Sequence record: DRR378314_1035
DNA: 62,640 bases
Strand: one strand, 5' to 3'
Part shown: piece after piece, positions 48,496 through 57,085 of the stretch
Position numbering within the stretch: the stretch's first letter is position 1
Layout: each line of letters starts with the position of its first letter
Program-made: the position numbers and the translations under genes
Notes under the pieces: generated by a model
Told to the model about the DNA's origin: nothing
Database searches by the model: none
Seen by the model: the letters and a program-made list of their open reading frames with translations, nothing else

Positions 48496-50206
48496 CTTCT
48501 GTTAACCACGCTTTCACTACTTGTGATGATAATTCTGGTTCATTGGCAACTAAAGCTCGTACCGCTTTGAGTAAATCTTCATCGCCATGAAGGTCTGGTA
48601 ACTGTAGTGTACCATCACTTGCAAAGCCAACCGAAGCAGAATCAAAGTCTTTATTTAGCATATCGAGTGTATTGTCGCCAATGTCTACGCCTGAACTTAA
48701 CGCGTCATCATCATACTCTTCCAACGTATCATCTGGGTAAATAAGGCGTTTAAGCATAGGTTTAACAACCGCCATTATTAGTACAATAATAACCAATGCA
48801 CCTAACGCTAGACGTACCACTTTCATAAACCAGCTTTGCTCCCAAAGTGGTATTTCTTCTGCAACAGCTAACTCTTCACGCACGAATGGCACGGTAACAA
48901 CTTCAAGTGCATCACCTCGTTGCAAATCAAAACCCACACCACCTTGCAATAGGCGACGAATATTTGACAACGCTTCAACAGAACGTGGCACCATCGTTGT
49001 TTCGCCATTTTCACCTACTGTTGGTAAGTAATCGACTGCAACTGATACGCTAATTCTACGAATAACCCCAGTTTGCTGACGTTTATGAGAAATGGTGGTG
49101 TCTAACTCATAGTTACGAGTTGCTTCTTTATGGCTACTGCTTGGTGTAGTACCAGAGCCTGCACCGCCCTGCCCTGCAACTTCAGGGATGTTTGAATTAG
49201 TTGGCGGTTGATTTGTTAGAGCCCCTGGTATACCAACAGCTAGACCACCAATGTTGTTTTCTTCAAATGTGGTTTCGCTTCTAACAGCTGGTAAGTCTGG
49301 ATTGAAACGTTTTTGCGTCTCCTCAACAGCACTAAAGTCCATGCTTAAATCTACTTGGGCAGTGTAATTACCCATACCAATCACAGGCATTAAAATACTG
49401 TCAATTTTTTGTAGGTATTCTTGTTCACGCTTACGTTCAATATCGTACTCTTTTCTTGAACGAGCAGCTAAAGAGCTTTGAGAGCCAGAATTCAACAAAC
49501 GACCATTTTGATCAGTAACCGTAACACGAGATGGTGATAGCCCTTGAACAGCTGAAGCAATAATATCAACGATAGAATCAACTTCCTCACTATCAAGCAT
49601 ACGCCCACGTTTTAGGGTTAACACAACTGTTGCCGAAGGCTCTTTTTCACGACGAGCAAATACATTTTCTTTTGGAATGGCTAATAACACTTTAGCCCGA
49701 GTGACATTCTTTAACTCTTCAATTGTACGCGCTAATTGCTGCTCACGGCCATGCTTTAAACGCTCACGCTCTAGACGTTGGCTTACACCAAAACCCATAT
49801 CTTGCATAATAATGTCAGTGCCTGATGTAGGTGCTTGGTCTAACCCTTCACGTGTCATGAGTAACTTTATATTTTGATACTCATCCTCTGCAACCGAAAT
49901 TAGGTTGCCATCAAGTTCATATTCAATTTTTTGCGCGTCTAAAAAGTCCAGTGTTTGAATAAGCTCTTCAGTCGGCATTTTACCCAATGGGCGCATGTCA
50001 GGCTGACGCGCCCAGATAATGACAAAAATGGCGATGGCCAAGCAAATAGCTAATGCGATAATTAATGTAACCTGACGCAATACGTCAACACCATTTAACG
50101 CACTTAAATAGCCCGACTTTTGCTCTTGCTGGTCGTCGTTATCAGTTTGGTTGATAGCACCACCGCCAGCTAAAGCAAGGTCGGTTGATTGATTTGATTG
50201 CGCCAC
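48488..50206 (-). CDS. fliF: MS-ring protein FliF
   Basis: Two TMs, GFGVSQRLE, ASAVQGL, PGALTNQPP, TRNYELD. Confidence 0.97.
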   Translation of the reverse strand: MAQSNQSTDLALAGGGAINQTDNDDQQEQKSGYLSALNGVDVLRQVTLIIALAICLAIAIFVIIWARQPDMRPLGKMPTEELIQTLDFLDAQKIEYELDGNLISVAEDEYQNIKLLMTREGLDQAPTSGTDIIMQDMGFGVSQRLERERLKHGREQQLARTIEELKNVTRAKVLLAIPKENVFARREKEPSATVVLTLKRGRMLDSEEVDSIVDIIASAVQGLSPSRVTVTDQNGRLLNSGSQSSLAARSRKEYDIERKREQEYLQKIDSILMPVIGMGNYTAQVDLSMDFSAVEETQKRFNPDLPAVRSETTFEENNIGGLAVGIPGALTNQPPTNSNIPEVAGQGGAGSGTTPSSSHKEATRNYELDTTISHKRQQTGVIRRISVSVAVDYLPTVGENGETTMVPRSVEALSNIRRLLQGGVGFDLQRGDALEVVTVPFVREELAVAEEIPLWEQSWFMKVVRLALGALVIIVLIMAVVKPMLKRLIYPDDTLEEYDDDALSSGVDIGDNTLDMLNKDFDSASVGFASDGTLQLPDLHGDEDLLKAVRALVANEPELSSQVVKAWLTEDD

Positions 50207-50227
50207 AATAATTCTCCACTACCTAAT

Positions 50228-50560
50228 TTAAACAGGCATGCTCATAATTTCTTTATAAGACTCAACAAGTTTATTACGAACTTGAACAGTAGCCTCAAAC
50301 GCGACGGATGATTTTTGAGAAGCAATCATCACTTCAGCAAGCGATACACTTCTGTCGCCCATCTCTAAAGCTGTAACTTTTTCTTTCGCTTCTCGTTGAT
50401 GATTGCTCACTGTGTCTAATGCATTTGTTAACAAATCACCAAATTGTGCAGACGAAGTAGGTTGTGTTTGCGTTGGAATAGCATTATTTGAATTACTACG
50501 GCCAGCTTCAAGAGCCATAGACTGCATTTCTTGGAATAACGCACTATTTTGAATTTTCAT
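50228..50560 (-). CDS. fliE: Basal body protein FliE
   Basis: SLAEVMIASQKSSVAFEATVQVRNKLVESYKEIMSMPV. Confidence 0.97.
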   Translation of the reverse strand: MKIQNSALFQEMQSMALEAGRSNSNNAIPTQTQPTSSAQFGDLLTNALDTVSNHQREAKEKVTALEMGDRSVSLAEVMIASQKSSVAFEATVQVRNKLVESYKEIMSMPV

Positions 50561-50599
50561 AATTATCTCTGACGATGCACTTTACTAATAACTAGATAA

Positions 50600-50615
50600 A
50601 GCATAAACCATGCCA
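50600..50615 (-). promoter_or_regulatory. Sigma54 promoter of the fliE operon
   Basis: Minus strand TGGCATGGTTTATGCT, GG-N10-GC spacing. Confidence 0.8.
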
Positions 50616-50661
50616 ATAAAATAACAGTTAAAATTCAGTGGCTTAAAAGGGATTTTTAAAT

Positions 50662-50675
50662 GTCAGAGTTTTGAC
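50662..50675. promoter_or_regulatory. FleQ/FlrA-like box upstream of the fliE promoter
   Basis: GTCA-GAGTTT-TGAC, 46 bp upstream of the -24 element. Confidence 0.7.
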
Positions 50676-50678
50676 ATG

Positions 50679-50705
50679 AAGACACTCAGCATGGCTGAGT
50701 GTCTT
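50679..50705. terminator. Hairpin downstream of flrC
   Basis: AAGACACTCAGC-ATG-GCTGAGTGTCTT; only a short U-tail on the minus strand. Confidence 0.6.
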
Positions 50706-50728
50706 TTGAAATTGGTCAGAATAGACTT

Positions 50729-52150
50729 TTAAGCTGGTAGAGCAATACCTAAATCTCGCATTTGCGCCAACTTATAACGCAATGTTCTTGGGCTGATACC
50801 TAACGTTTCAGCCACATCTTTTCGCTTGCCTCGACACCGCGTTAACGTTTCTAAAATAATGCGATGCTCTTTATCCTTTAGTTCATCTTTGTAAGTACCT
50901 GAATCTAAACTAGGAAGCTCATCCATCATCTCATTATGCTGTACTTTAGCTGCAATTGTTGGATTCGCTATATCATTAGGTACTTGCGGTGCAACCGAGC
51001 TCGCACTTACACACGCACTAGGCGCTAAATTCTCGATGAATATAGCACTCTCATCAATAACGTCACCGTTTCTCAAGATTAATGCGCGTTGAATAACATT
51101 ATCAAGCTCACGAACATTCCCTGGCCATTGATGCGACAGCAGCTTTTGCTGTGCGCTATCGCTAAGCTGAGCAATGGATTCTTTACTTTTCGCCAAATGG
51201 CGCTCAATTAAGTGCTTAGCTAATACCACTATATCACCCGGGCGTTCACACAACGGGCGCCACATCAGTGGAAACACATTGAGCCTGTAATATAAATCTT
51301 CTCTAAACTTATGCTCACTAACGGCATCTTTTAAGTCTCGGTTGCTGGTTGCCAGCACGCGAACGTTAAGCTTAATTGTTTTACGGCCACCTAATCGCTC
51401 TACTTCACGTTCTTGCAATACACGTAGTAATTTGGCTTGTAAACTTAAATCCATCTCGGTGATTTCATCGAGCAAGATTGTACCGCCCTGTGCTTGCTCG
51501 AACTTACCTGGGCACGCTTGAATCGCTCCCGTAAAGGCACCCTTTTCATAGCCAAAGAGAGTGGCTTCGAGCATGTTTTCAGGTATAGCAGCACAATTAA
51601 TTGCAACAAATGGCTCGTTTGAACGTGCTGATTTATCATGAATAAATCGCGCAAGCACTTCTTTACCGGAACCACTTGGGCCCAACACCATTACGCTGGC
51701 ATCAGATTTCGCGACCTTTGCCGCAAGCTCAAGCAATTGAATACTTGATGTATCAGCAACAATGGGACCATCTGTTTCTTTTTCGGGCTCTGGTAAGTAA
51801 CGACTCACCATATTTAATAATACTTCTGGCGCAAATGGTTTCGCCATGTAGTCGATTGCCCCTAGGCGCATTGCCTCAACGGCATCATCAATAGTGGCGT
51901 ATGCTGTCATCATCAGCACTGGTAAATCAGGGTGATTTAAATTAATGCTACGTAATAAATCAAGCCCACTCATCGCGCCCATTTGTACATCACTCACCAC
52001 CAAAGAAAAGCTGTCTTTTTTTAACAGCAGCATGGCTTGCTCTGCACTATTGGCCGCAACACAGGCAATACCTGACATCTCTAAAGTATCGATTAATGCT
52101 TCACGAAGACCTGCGTCATCTTCAACAACTAAAATAGTGTTATTACTCAT
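50729..52150 (-). CDS. flrC: Sigma54-dependent response regulator FlrC/FleR
   Basis: Receiver domain, [41 protein letters not shown]. Confidence 0.95.
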   Translation of the reverse strand: MSNNTILVVEDDAGLREALIDTLEMSGIACVAANSAEQAMLLLKKDSFSLVVSDVQMGAMSGLDLLRSINLNHPDLPVLMMTAYATIDDAVEAMRLGAIDYMAKPFAPEVLLNMVSRYLPEPEKETDGPIVADTSSIQLLELAAKVAKSDASVMVLGPSGSGKEVLARFIHDKSARSNEPFVAINCAAIPENMLEATLFGYEKGAFTGAIQACPGKFEQAQGGTILLDEITEMDLSLQAKLLRVLQEREVERLGGRKTIKLNVRVLATSNRDLKDAVSEHKFREDLYYRLNVFPLMWRPLCERPGDIVVLAKHLIERHLAKSKESIAQLSDSAQQKLLSHQWPGNVRELDNVIQRALILRNGDVIDESAIFIENLAPSACVSASSVAPQVPNDIANPTIAAKVQHNEMMDELPSLDSGTYKDELKDKEHRIILETLTRCRGKRKDVAETLGISPRTLRYKLAQMRDLGIALPA

Positions 52151-53259
52151 AATGCCTCCACCGCTTTAGATTCAGTACAAATAGGCAGTAATATGCTAAA
52201 ACATGCCCCACCTTGTGTATTATTGGTAACCTCAACCCTGCCCTGATGAGCGCTAGCAACAGAGCTAACCACAGCCAAACCAAGGCCCGTGCCTTGACTT
52301 TTTGTGGTAAAAAATGGTTCAAACAGTTTCTCAGCCTGCGACATATCTATTCCAGGGCCGTTATCGCACACGCTAATACGCACAAGATCATCTGAATGAG
52401 CATCTCTTATCGCATTTACACGAACTAAAGCGCCAGAGCCAATAACTTGAATACTATTATGAATTAAGTTTTGTATCGCACTGGCTAACGCTGTTTTATT
52501 GCCCATAATAGCAATATCGGGCTCTGGTAAATTGACATCAAGCTCACTGCTATTAAGAGCAACCATTGCATCTGAGCCAGCTTTAACTTCGGTAAGTAAT
52601 TGCTGCATAGAAACCTGCTCTACAACTTGTTGATCGCCACTTTTTGCAAACAGCAGCATGTCGTTCACTTGAGTTTCAAGATCTTTCAGACGCGACATTA
52701 ATTTTGTGTGAAAATTACCACGCGAAGCCTCAGGTAAACGTTTTGAGCCTAAATTAGCTGCGTATAACATAGCAGCAGACAACGGAGTACGAACTTGATG
52801 AGCTAATGATGCCACCATTTTACCCAGCGCACTCAAGCGCTGCATGTGGGCCACACGCGTTTGTAAGCGACGCGTTTCGGTTAAATCTGTCATGAGAATT
52901 AACTGGCCTGGCTCTGGTGCCAATGCCGTAATATCTAACTTTATCAATCGACCATCTTTTAATGAAACTTCATGGCCATCGTCTTGTTGTGGACGAAAAG
53001 AACGTTGGATAATACTGAACCATTTCTCGCCTTCGAGTGGTTCACCTAGCATATCAATTGCAATTTGATTCGCCTTAGCAATCATGCCACGACCATCAAG
53101 TACAATAACGCCAGCTGGCATAGTATCAACCAAATGGCTCAACCAACTCGCTTGTTGACGAAGCTCACTAAGCTCCCCCACATACTCTTCTTGTTGAAGG
53201 CATGGGTTATATTGATTAGCTGTGATAAATTGTGGTTTCAACACGTTTGCAAGTGCCAT
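52147..53259 (-). CDS. flrB: PAS sensor histidine kinase FlrB/FleS
   Basis: PAS (MPAGVIVLD...DDGHEVSLKDGR), LAHQVRTPL, DNGPG, FFTTKSQGTGLGL. Confidence 0.95.
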   Translation of the reverse strand: MALANVLKPQFITANQYNPCLQQEEYVGELSELRQQASWLSHLVDTMPAGVIVLDGRGMIAKANQIAIDMLGEPLEGEKWFSIIQRSFRPQQDDGHEVSLKDGRLIKLDITALAPEPGQLILMTDLTETRRLQTRVAHMQRLSALGKMVASLAHQVRTPLSAAMLYAANLGSKRLPEASRGNFHTKLMSRLKDLETQVNDMLLFAKSGDQQVVEQVSMQQLLTEVKAGSDAMVALNSSELDVNLPEPDIAIMGNKTALASAIQNLIHNSIQVIGSGALVRVNAIRDAHSDDLVRISVCDNGPGIDMSQAEKLFEPFFTTKSQGTGLGLAVVSSVASAHQGRVEVTNNTQGGACFSILLPICTESKAVEAL

Positions 53260-53294
53260 GGTAAACTCTCATAAAGGTTCTCTACGGTGACAAA

Positions 53295-53310
53295 TGCACA
53301 ATTCGTACCA
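53295..53310 (-). promoter_or_regulatory. Sigma54 promoter of flrBC
   Basis: Minus strand TGGTACGAATTGTGCA, GG-N10-GC spacing. Confidence 0.78.
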
Positions 53311-53355
53311 AAAATATATTAATTATAATTCATAAACTTAGAGTATATTTTACGT

Positions 53356-53369
53356 GACAATAAACTGAC
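53356..53369. promoter_or_regulatory. FleQ/FlrA-like box upstream of the flrBC promoter
   Basis: GACA-ATAAAC-TGAC (one mismatch), 45 bp upstream of the -24 element, nearly the same offset as at fliE. Confidence 0.6.
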
Positions 53370-53385
53370 ACAAGGAAAACACACA

Positions 53386-53976
53386 ATGAATAAAAATGCT
53401 CAGTGTCGTTGCCCATGGCTTGATACTTCAAAGCAAGATTATGTTGCCTACCACGATGAAGAGTGGGGAGTGCCACTTTACGACGACCAAAAATTATTTG
53501 AGTTTATAACACTTGAATCAGCTCAAGCTGGACTAAGCTGGTATACCATATTAAAAAAACGAAGCGGCTACAGACATGCCTTTGAAAATTTTGACGTTAA
53601 AAAAGTAGCGTTATTTACGGACGACGATGTTGAGCGCTTAATGCTTTTTGATGGAATTGTGAGAAACCGCTTGAAGATTGCAGCAACAATCAACAACGCA
53701 AAACGCTTTATTGAAATACAGCAAGAATTTGGCAGCTTTAGTAATTATCAATGGCAATTTGTAGACAACAAACCACTAATTAGTAACTTAAATGAATTAA
53801 GCGATTACCCCGCCATCACTGAAATATCAACAGCTTTCGCTAAAGATTTAAAAAAGCGTGGCTTTAAGTTTTTAGGCCCAACGACTGTGTACGCACACAT
53901 GCAAGCATGCGGTATGGTAAACGACCACAGTAATGAGTGTTTTAGAAAAGCAGAGATTATAAAAGAGTATTTATAA
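53386..53976 (+). CDS. tag: DNA-3-methyladenine glycosylase I
   Basis: RCPW, YHDEEWG, LESAQAGLSW, IVRNRLKI, GFKFLGPT, GMVNDH...C. Confidence 0.96.
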   Translation: MNKNAQCRCPWLDTSKQDYVAYHDEEWGVPLYDDQKLFEFITLESAQAGLSWYTILKKRSGYRHAFENFDVKKVALFTDDDVERLMLFDGIVRNRLKIAATINNAKRFIEIQQEFGSFSNYQWQFVDNKPLISNLNELSDYPAITEISTAFAKDLKKRGFKFLGPTTVYAHMQACGMVNDHSNECFRKAEIIKEYL

Positions 53977-54018
53977 CGATATATTTGGTAAAGTTGGAAT
54001 AGCTTAAGCTAACGCGAG

Positions 54019-55455
54019 TTAGTCTCGCGATAGGTTATATTTTTTCATTTTTTCAACAAGGGTTGTGCGTCTTACTCCTAGAATTTCAGCGGCCCGAGCA
54101 ACGACATAATCGTAGCGTTCAAGCGCTTGAGTTATAAGGCTTATCTCAAGCTCTGCTAAATACTCTTTTAACTCAATGCCCTCATCGGGTAGTAACCCGG
54201 AATCAGACGAAGCCACTTCAACCTCAGGCTCATCATCGTAATCGCTAAACCCAGTACTGAAAATATCATTAAACGCATCGCGTTCCATTAGTTCCTCAGG
54301 ATATTGAGGCTCATAGGCATCAACTTCAATATAACGATATTTTGCTGGCAAATCAGGAACATCTACGACCTTCTCAGGAAACATTATCACCATACGCTCT
54401 ACGAGGTTAGCTAGTTCACGGATATTACCAGGCCAAGCATGCTCTTTAAGGCTTTCAATAGCACGTTCTGTAAACTTAGCTGTCGTGCCGCTTTGCTCAT
54501 TTACTCGACGCATTAATTCTTTTAGCAAAAGCGGTATGTCGTCAGCGCGCTGCGCTAAAGAAGGATTCTCGATGGGAAATACGTTTAAACGGTAATAAAG
54601 ATCTTCACGAAAAGATCCTTGCTCTATCATATCTTCTAAATTTCGGTGCGTTGCAGCAATCACCCGCACATCGGCCTGAATAGCTTTTGTTCCACCGACT
54701 CGTTCATAGCTTCTTTCTTGCAACACGCGTAATAATTTAACTTGCATTTGCAGTGGCATATCGCCGATTTCATCAAGAAATAGCGTACCACCTTGAGCCA
54801 ATTCAAAGCGCCCTTTTCGTGCAGAAATGGCGCCCGTAAATGCGCCTTTTTCGTGACCGAATAATTCACTTTCTAGCAGCTCACCAGGAATCGCTCCACA
54901 GTTTACTGGTACAAATGGACCTGAATTACGCTTAGACAATAAGTGAACATTTCGCGCAACGACTTCTTTACCTGTGCCCGACTCTCCAAGGATTAAAACA
55001 TTTGCATCTGTTTTAGCCACCTGCTCAATTAAAAATCGTACATCTTTTACGGCATCCGTTTCCCCAACTAAACCATCAAACGATTTGTGTGGTTTGTGAT
55101 ACTTATGGTCATTCGGGAGCATTCGCTGGTATTGCTGACAGTCATGCAATAGCTGCGTTGTAATATCATGATTAAATGGCTCAGAAATTAAGCCCACTAC
55201 GTTTGCAATACTGAGCAAAGGCTTTAAGGTTTCACCTATAAGTAGGAATGGGACAGTAGGATAACGCTTTATCAAACTTTCATGGTTGAAGCTACTTAAA
55301 GCTCCTAAAATAACCATACATTCTTGTTTTTGGTAGCTGCTACACTCTTGTTCAAATTTATCTTCAGCAAGGTTTAATACTGTTTCACCGATAAAAGTCA
55401 GCGAAGCATGTAAACCAATCGCACGATTATTATTATTATCTAAGATTAAGATCAT
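54019..55455 (-). CDS. flrA: Flagellar master regulator FlrA/FleQ (sigma54 activator)
   Basis: Degenerate N-terminal domain, [38 protein letters not shown]; upstream of flrBC. Confidence 0.95.
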   Translation of the reverse strand: MILILDNNNNRAIGLHASLTFIGETVLNLAEDKFEQECSSYQKQECMVILGALSSFNHESLIKRYPTVPFLLIGETLKPLLSIANVVGLISEPFNHDITTQLLHDCQQYQRMLPNDHKYHKPHKSFDGLVGETDAVKDVRFLIEQVAKTDANVLILGESGTGKEVVARNVHLLSKRNSGPFVPVNCGAIPGELLESELFGHEKGAFTGAISARKGRFELAQGGTLFLDEIGDMPLQMQVKLLRVLQERSYERVGGTKAIQADVRVIAATHRNLEDMIEQGSFREDLYYRLNVFPIENPSLAQRADDIPLLLKELMRRVNEQSGTTAKFTERAIESLKEHAWPGNIRELANLVERMVIMFPEKVVDVPDLPAKYRYIEVDAYEPQYPEELMERDAFNDIFSTGFSDYDDEPEVEVASSDSGLLPDEGIELKEYLAELEISLITQALERYDYVVARAAEILGVRRTTLVEKMKKYNLSRD

Positions 55456-55497
55456 TAGTTAGCGAACCACAGTCACAACAAGCTATTAATAAACTAA

Positions 55498-55525
55498 ATT
55501 GTAAGCGAGTTTGACAGGGATGCAA
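55498..55525 (-). promoter_or_regulatory. Candidate sigma70 promoter of flrA
   Basis: Minus strand TTGCAT-16 bp-TACAAT. Confidence 0.5.
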
Positions 55526-55534
55526 GCATTGAGT

Positions 55535-55568
55535 GGCAGTTTTTTGACATCATTGCCAAAAAACTGCC
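55535..55568. promoter_or_regulatory. Inverted pair of FleQ/FlrA-like boxes upstream of flrA
   Basis: GGCAGTTTTTTGAC (55535-55548) and GCCAAAAAACTGCC (55555-55568): an inverted repeat, each half resembling GTCA-N6-TGAC. Confidence 0.5.
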
Positions 55569-55618
55569 GTTGATATAGCGATAAGTAATACTTAATAATT
55601 ACTGTTTTAAAATCAACT

Positions 55619-56401
55619 CTATAGTAAGCCTAAAATAGACTCAGCGGATTGATTTGCTTGACCACGTAATGCCATAGACGCTTGAGATAAAACATCATTA
55701 GATATTTGCTGCGACACAGCTTGAGCATAGTTAGTATCTTGAATACGACTTTGGCTGGCGGCAATATTTTCCTGTTGGGTACCTAACCCTTTAATTGTAC
55801 TGGCCAGGGTATTCTGAAAAGCCCCAAGCTCTGCGCGTTGGGCATTTATTTCCTCACTTGCTTGCTCACTAATATCGAGCGCAGCTTGAGCACCTGCTTG
55901 AGTTGAAATATCAATAGTTGATAGTGCAGAGGCAAAACTACCGTCTGTAGAATTAACCGTTTGGTTTGTATTCGCATCAGCACCAACTTGAAACGAGACA
56001 GCTTGACCATCAAATAAAGGCTTTCCTGCAAAACTCGCATTTTCGAACGTTTCAGATATTTGACTTTGAAGTTGAACAACCTCTTCTTGTAAGGCACTGC
56101 GGTCACTGTCATTCAGCGCCCCATTGCCTGCTTGAATAGACAACTCCTTGATACGAGATACAGCGTCATTTACGTTAGATAAATTTGATTCTGTCGCTTG
56201 TGAATAAGAAATGCCATCGTATGCATTGTTCACAGCCTGACTGTAACCGTTTTGTTGAGACGTTAAACGGTCAATAATTTGTAAAGCAGCTGCATCGTCT
56301 GCTGCTGAATTTACTTTTTTACCTGTAGCAAGTTGTTCTAAAAGCTTATTACCCGTTTGCTGAGTTTGGTTTAAAAATGAACTTGAGTTATCAATTTTCA
56401 T
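55619..56401 (-). CDS. Short flagellin-like protein (D0/D1 only)
   Basis: LATGKKVNSAADDAAAL, RIKELSIQAGNG, FQVGA, RAELGAFQN, SQSRIQDTNYA, QANQ. Confidence 0.9.
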   Translation of the reverse strand: MKIDNSSSFLNQTQQTGNKLLEQLATGKKVNSAADDAAALQIIDRLTSQQNGYSQAVNNAYDGISYSQATESNLSNVNDAVSRIKELSIQAGNGALNDSDRSALQEEVVQLQSQISETFENASFAGKPLFDGQAVSFQVGADANTNQTVNSTDGSFASALSTIDISTQAGAQAALDISEQASEEINAQRAELGAFQNTLASTIKGLGTQQENIAASQSRIQDTNYAQAVSQQISNDVLSQASMALRGQANQSAESILGLL

Positions 56402-56443
56402 AGCTAACTCCTAATGGATAGTAATTAACTTAGTATAGACTAT

Positions 56444-57070
56444 TTAGACAGCAGTCCAACCTCCATCTAAAAATAAGCTCTGTCCAGTCATATAACTTGA
56501 AAGTGCTGAACTAAGGTAAGCAATTGCACCTTTGATATCTTCTTCCGTTGCCATTCTTGCTAATGGAACCTTAGCATTATACTTTTCTAAAAAACTCTCC
56601 GGTTGGCCACGGTCAATACCACCTAACACGATATTATTCACCCTTACATGAGGTGCAACTGAGGGCGCCATCCAACGCGTTAATTGCATCAAACCTGCTT
56701 TACTTGCAGCGTACGCTGCTGGGTTACCCATATCTGTGCCTTCATATAAATCCATTTGTGGCCCAACAACACCATATATAGACGAAATATTTATGATACT
56801 GCGACTACCATACTGTTGTTTTTTCATTAATTCATACGCCAATTGGCTTAATAAAAACGGCGCAGAAAGATTCACATTTAAACAATCATTGAATGTGTCA
56901 ATTGATTGCTTTTCAAAAGGAACACACCACCTAGTAAGTTTAATTGTTCCTGCACCGCCAAGCACTAAAAAGGATGAGCTATTTATTGCATCGGATAACA
57001 ATGATTCAAAATGAGCTAAATCAGTTACAAACAGTGACTCTTGCCGCTGTACTAGTTTTAGAATATCCAT
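56444..57070 (-). pseudogene. Chimeric ORF: N-terminus of a LegB-like UDP/GDP-GlcNAc 4,6-dehydratase fused to the C-terminal part of an SDR oxidoreductase; probably non-functional
   Basis: First ~43 aa MDILKLVQRQESLFVTD...SSSFLVLGGAGTI end abruptly; the rest (WCVPFEKQS...NLSAPF, NISSIYG, YAASK, MTGQSLFLDGGWT) is a classical SDR lacking most of its Rossmann fold. Confidence 0.75.
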
Positions 57071-57085
57071 GACGAAACTAACCTA

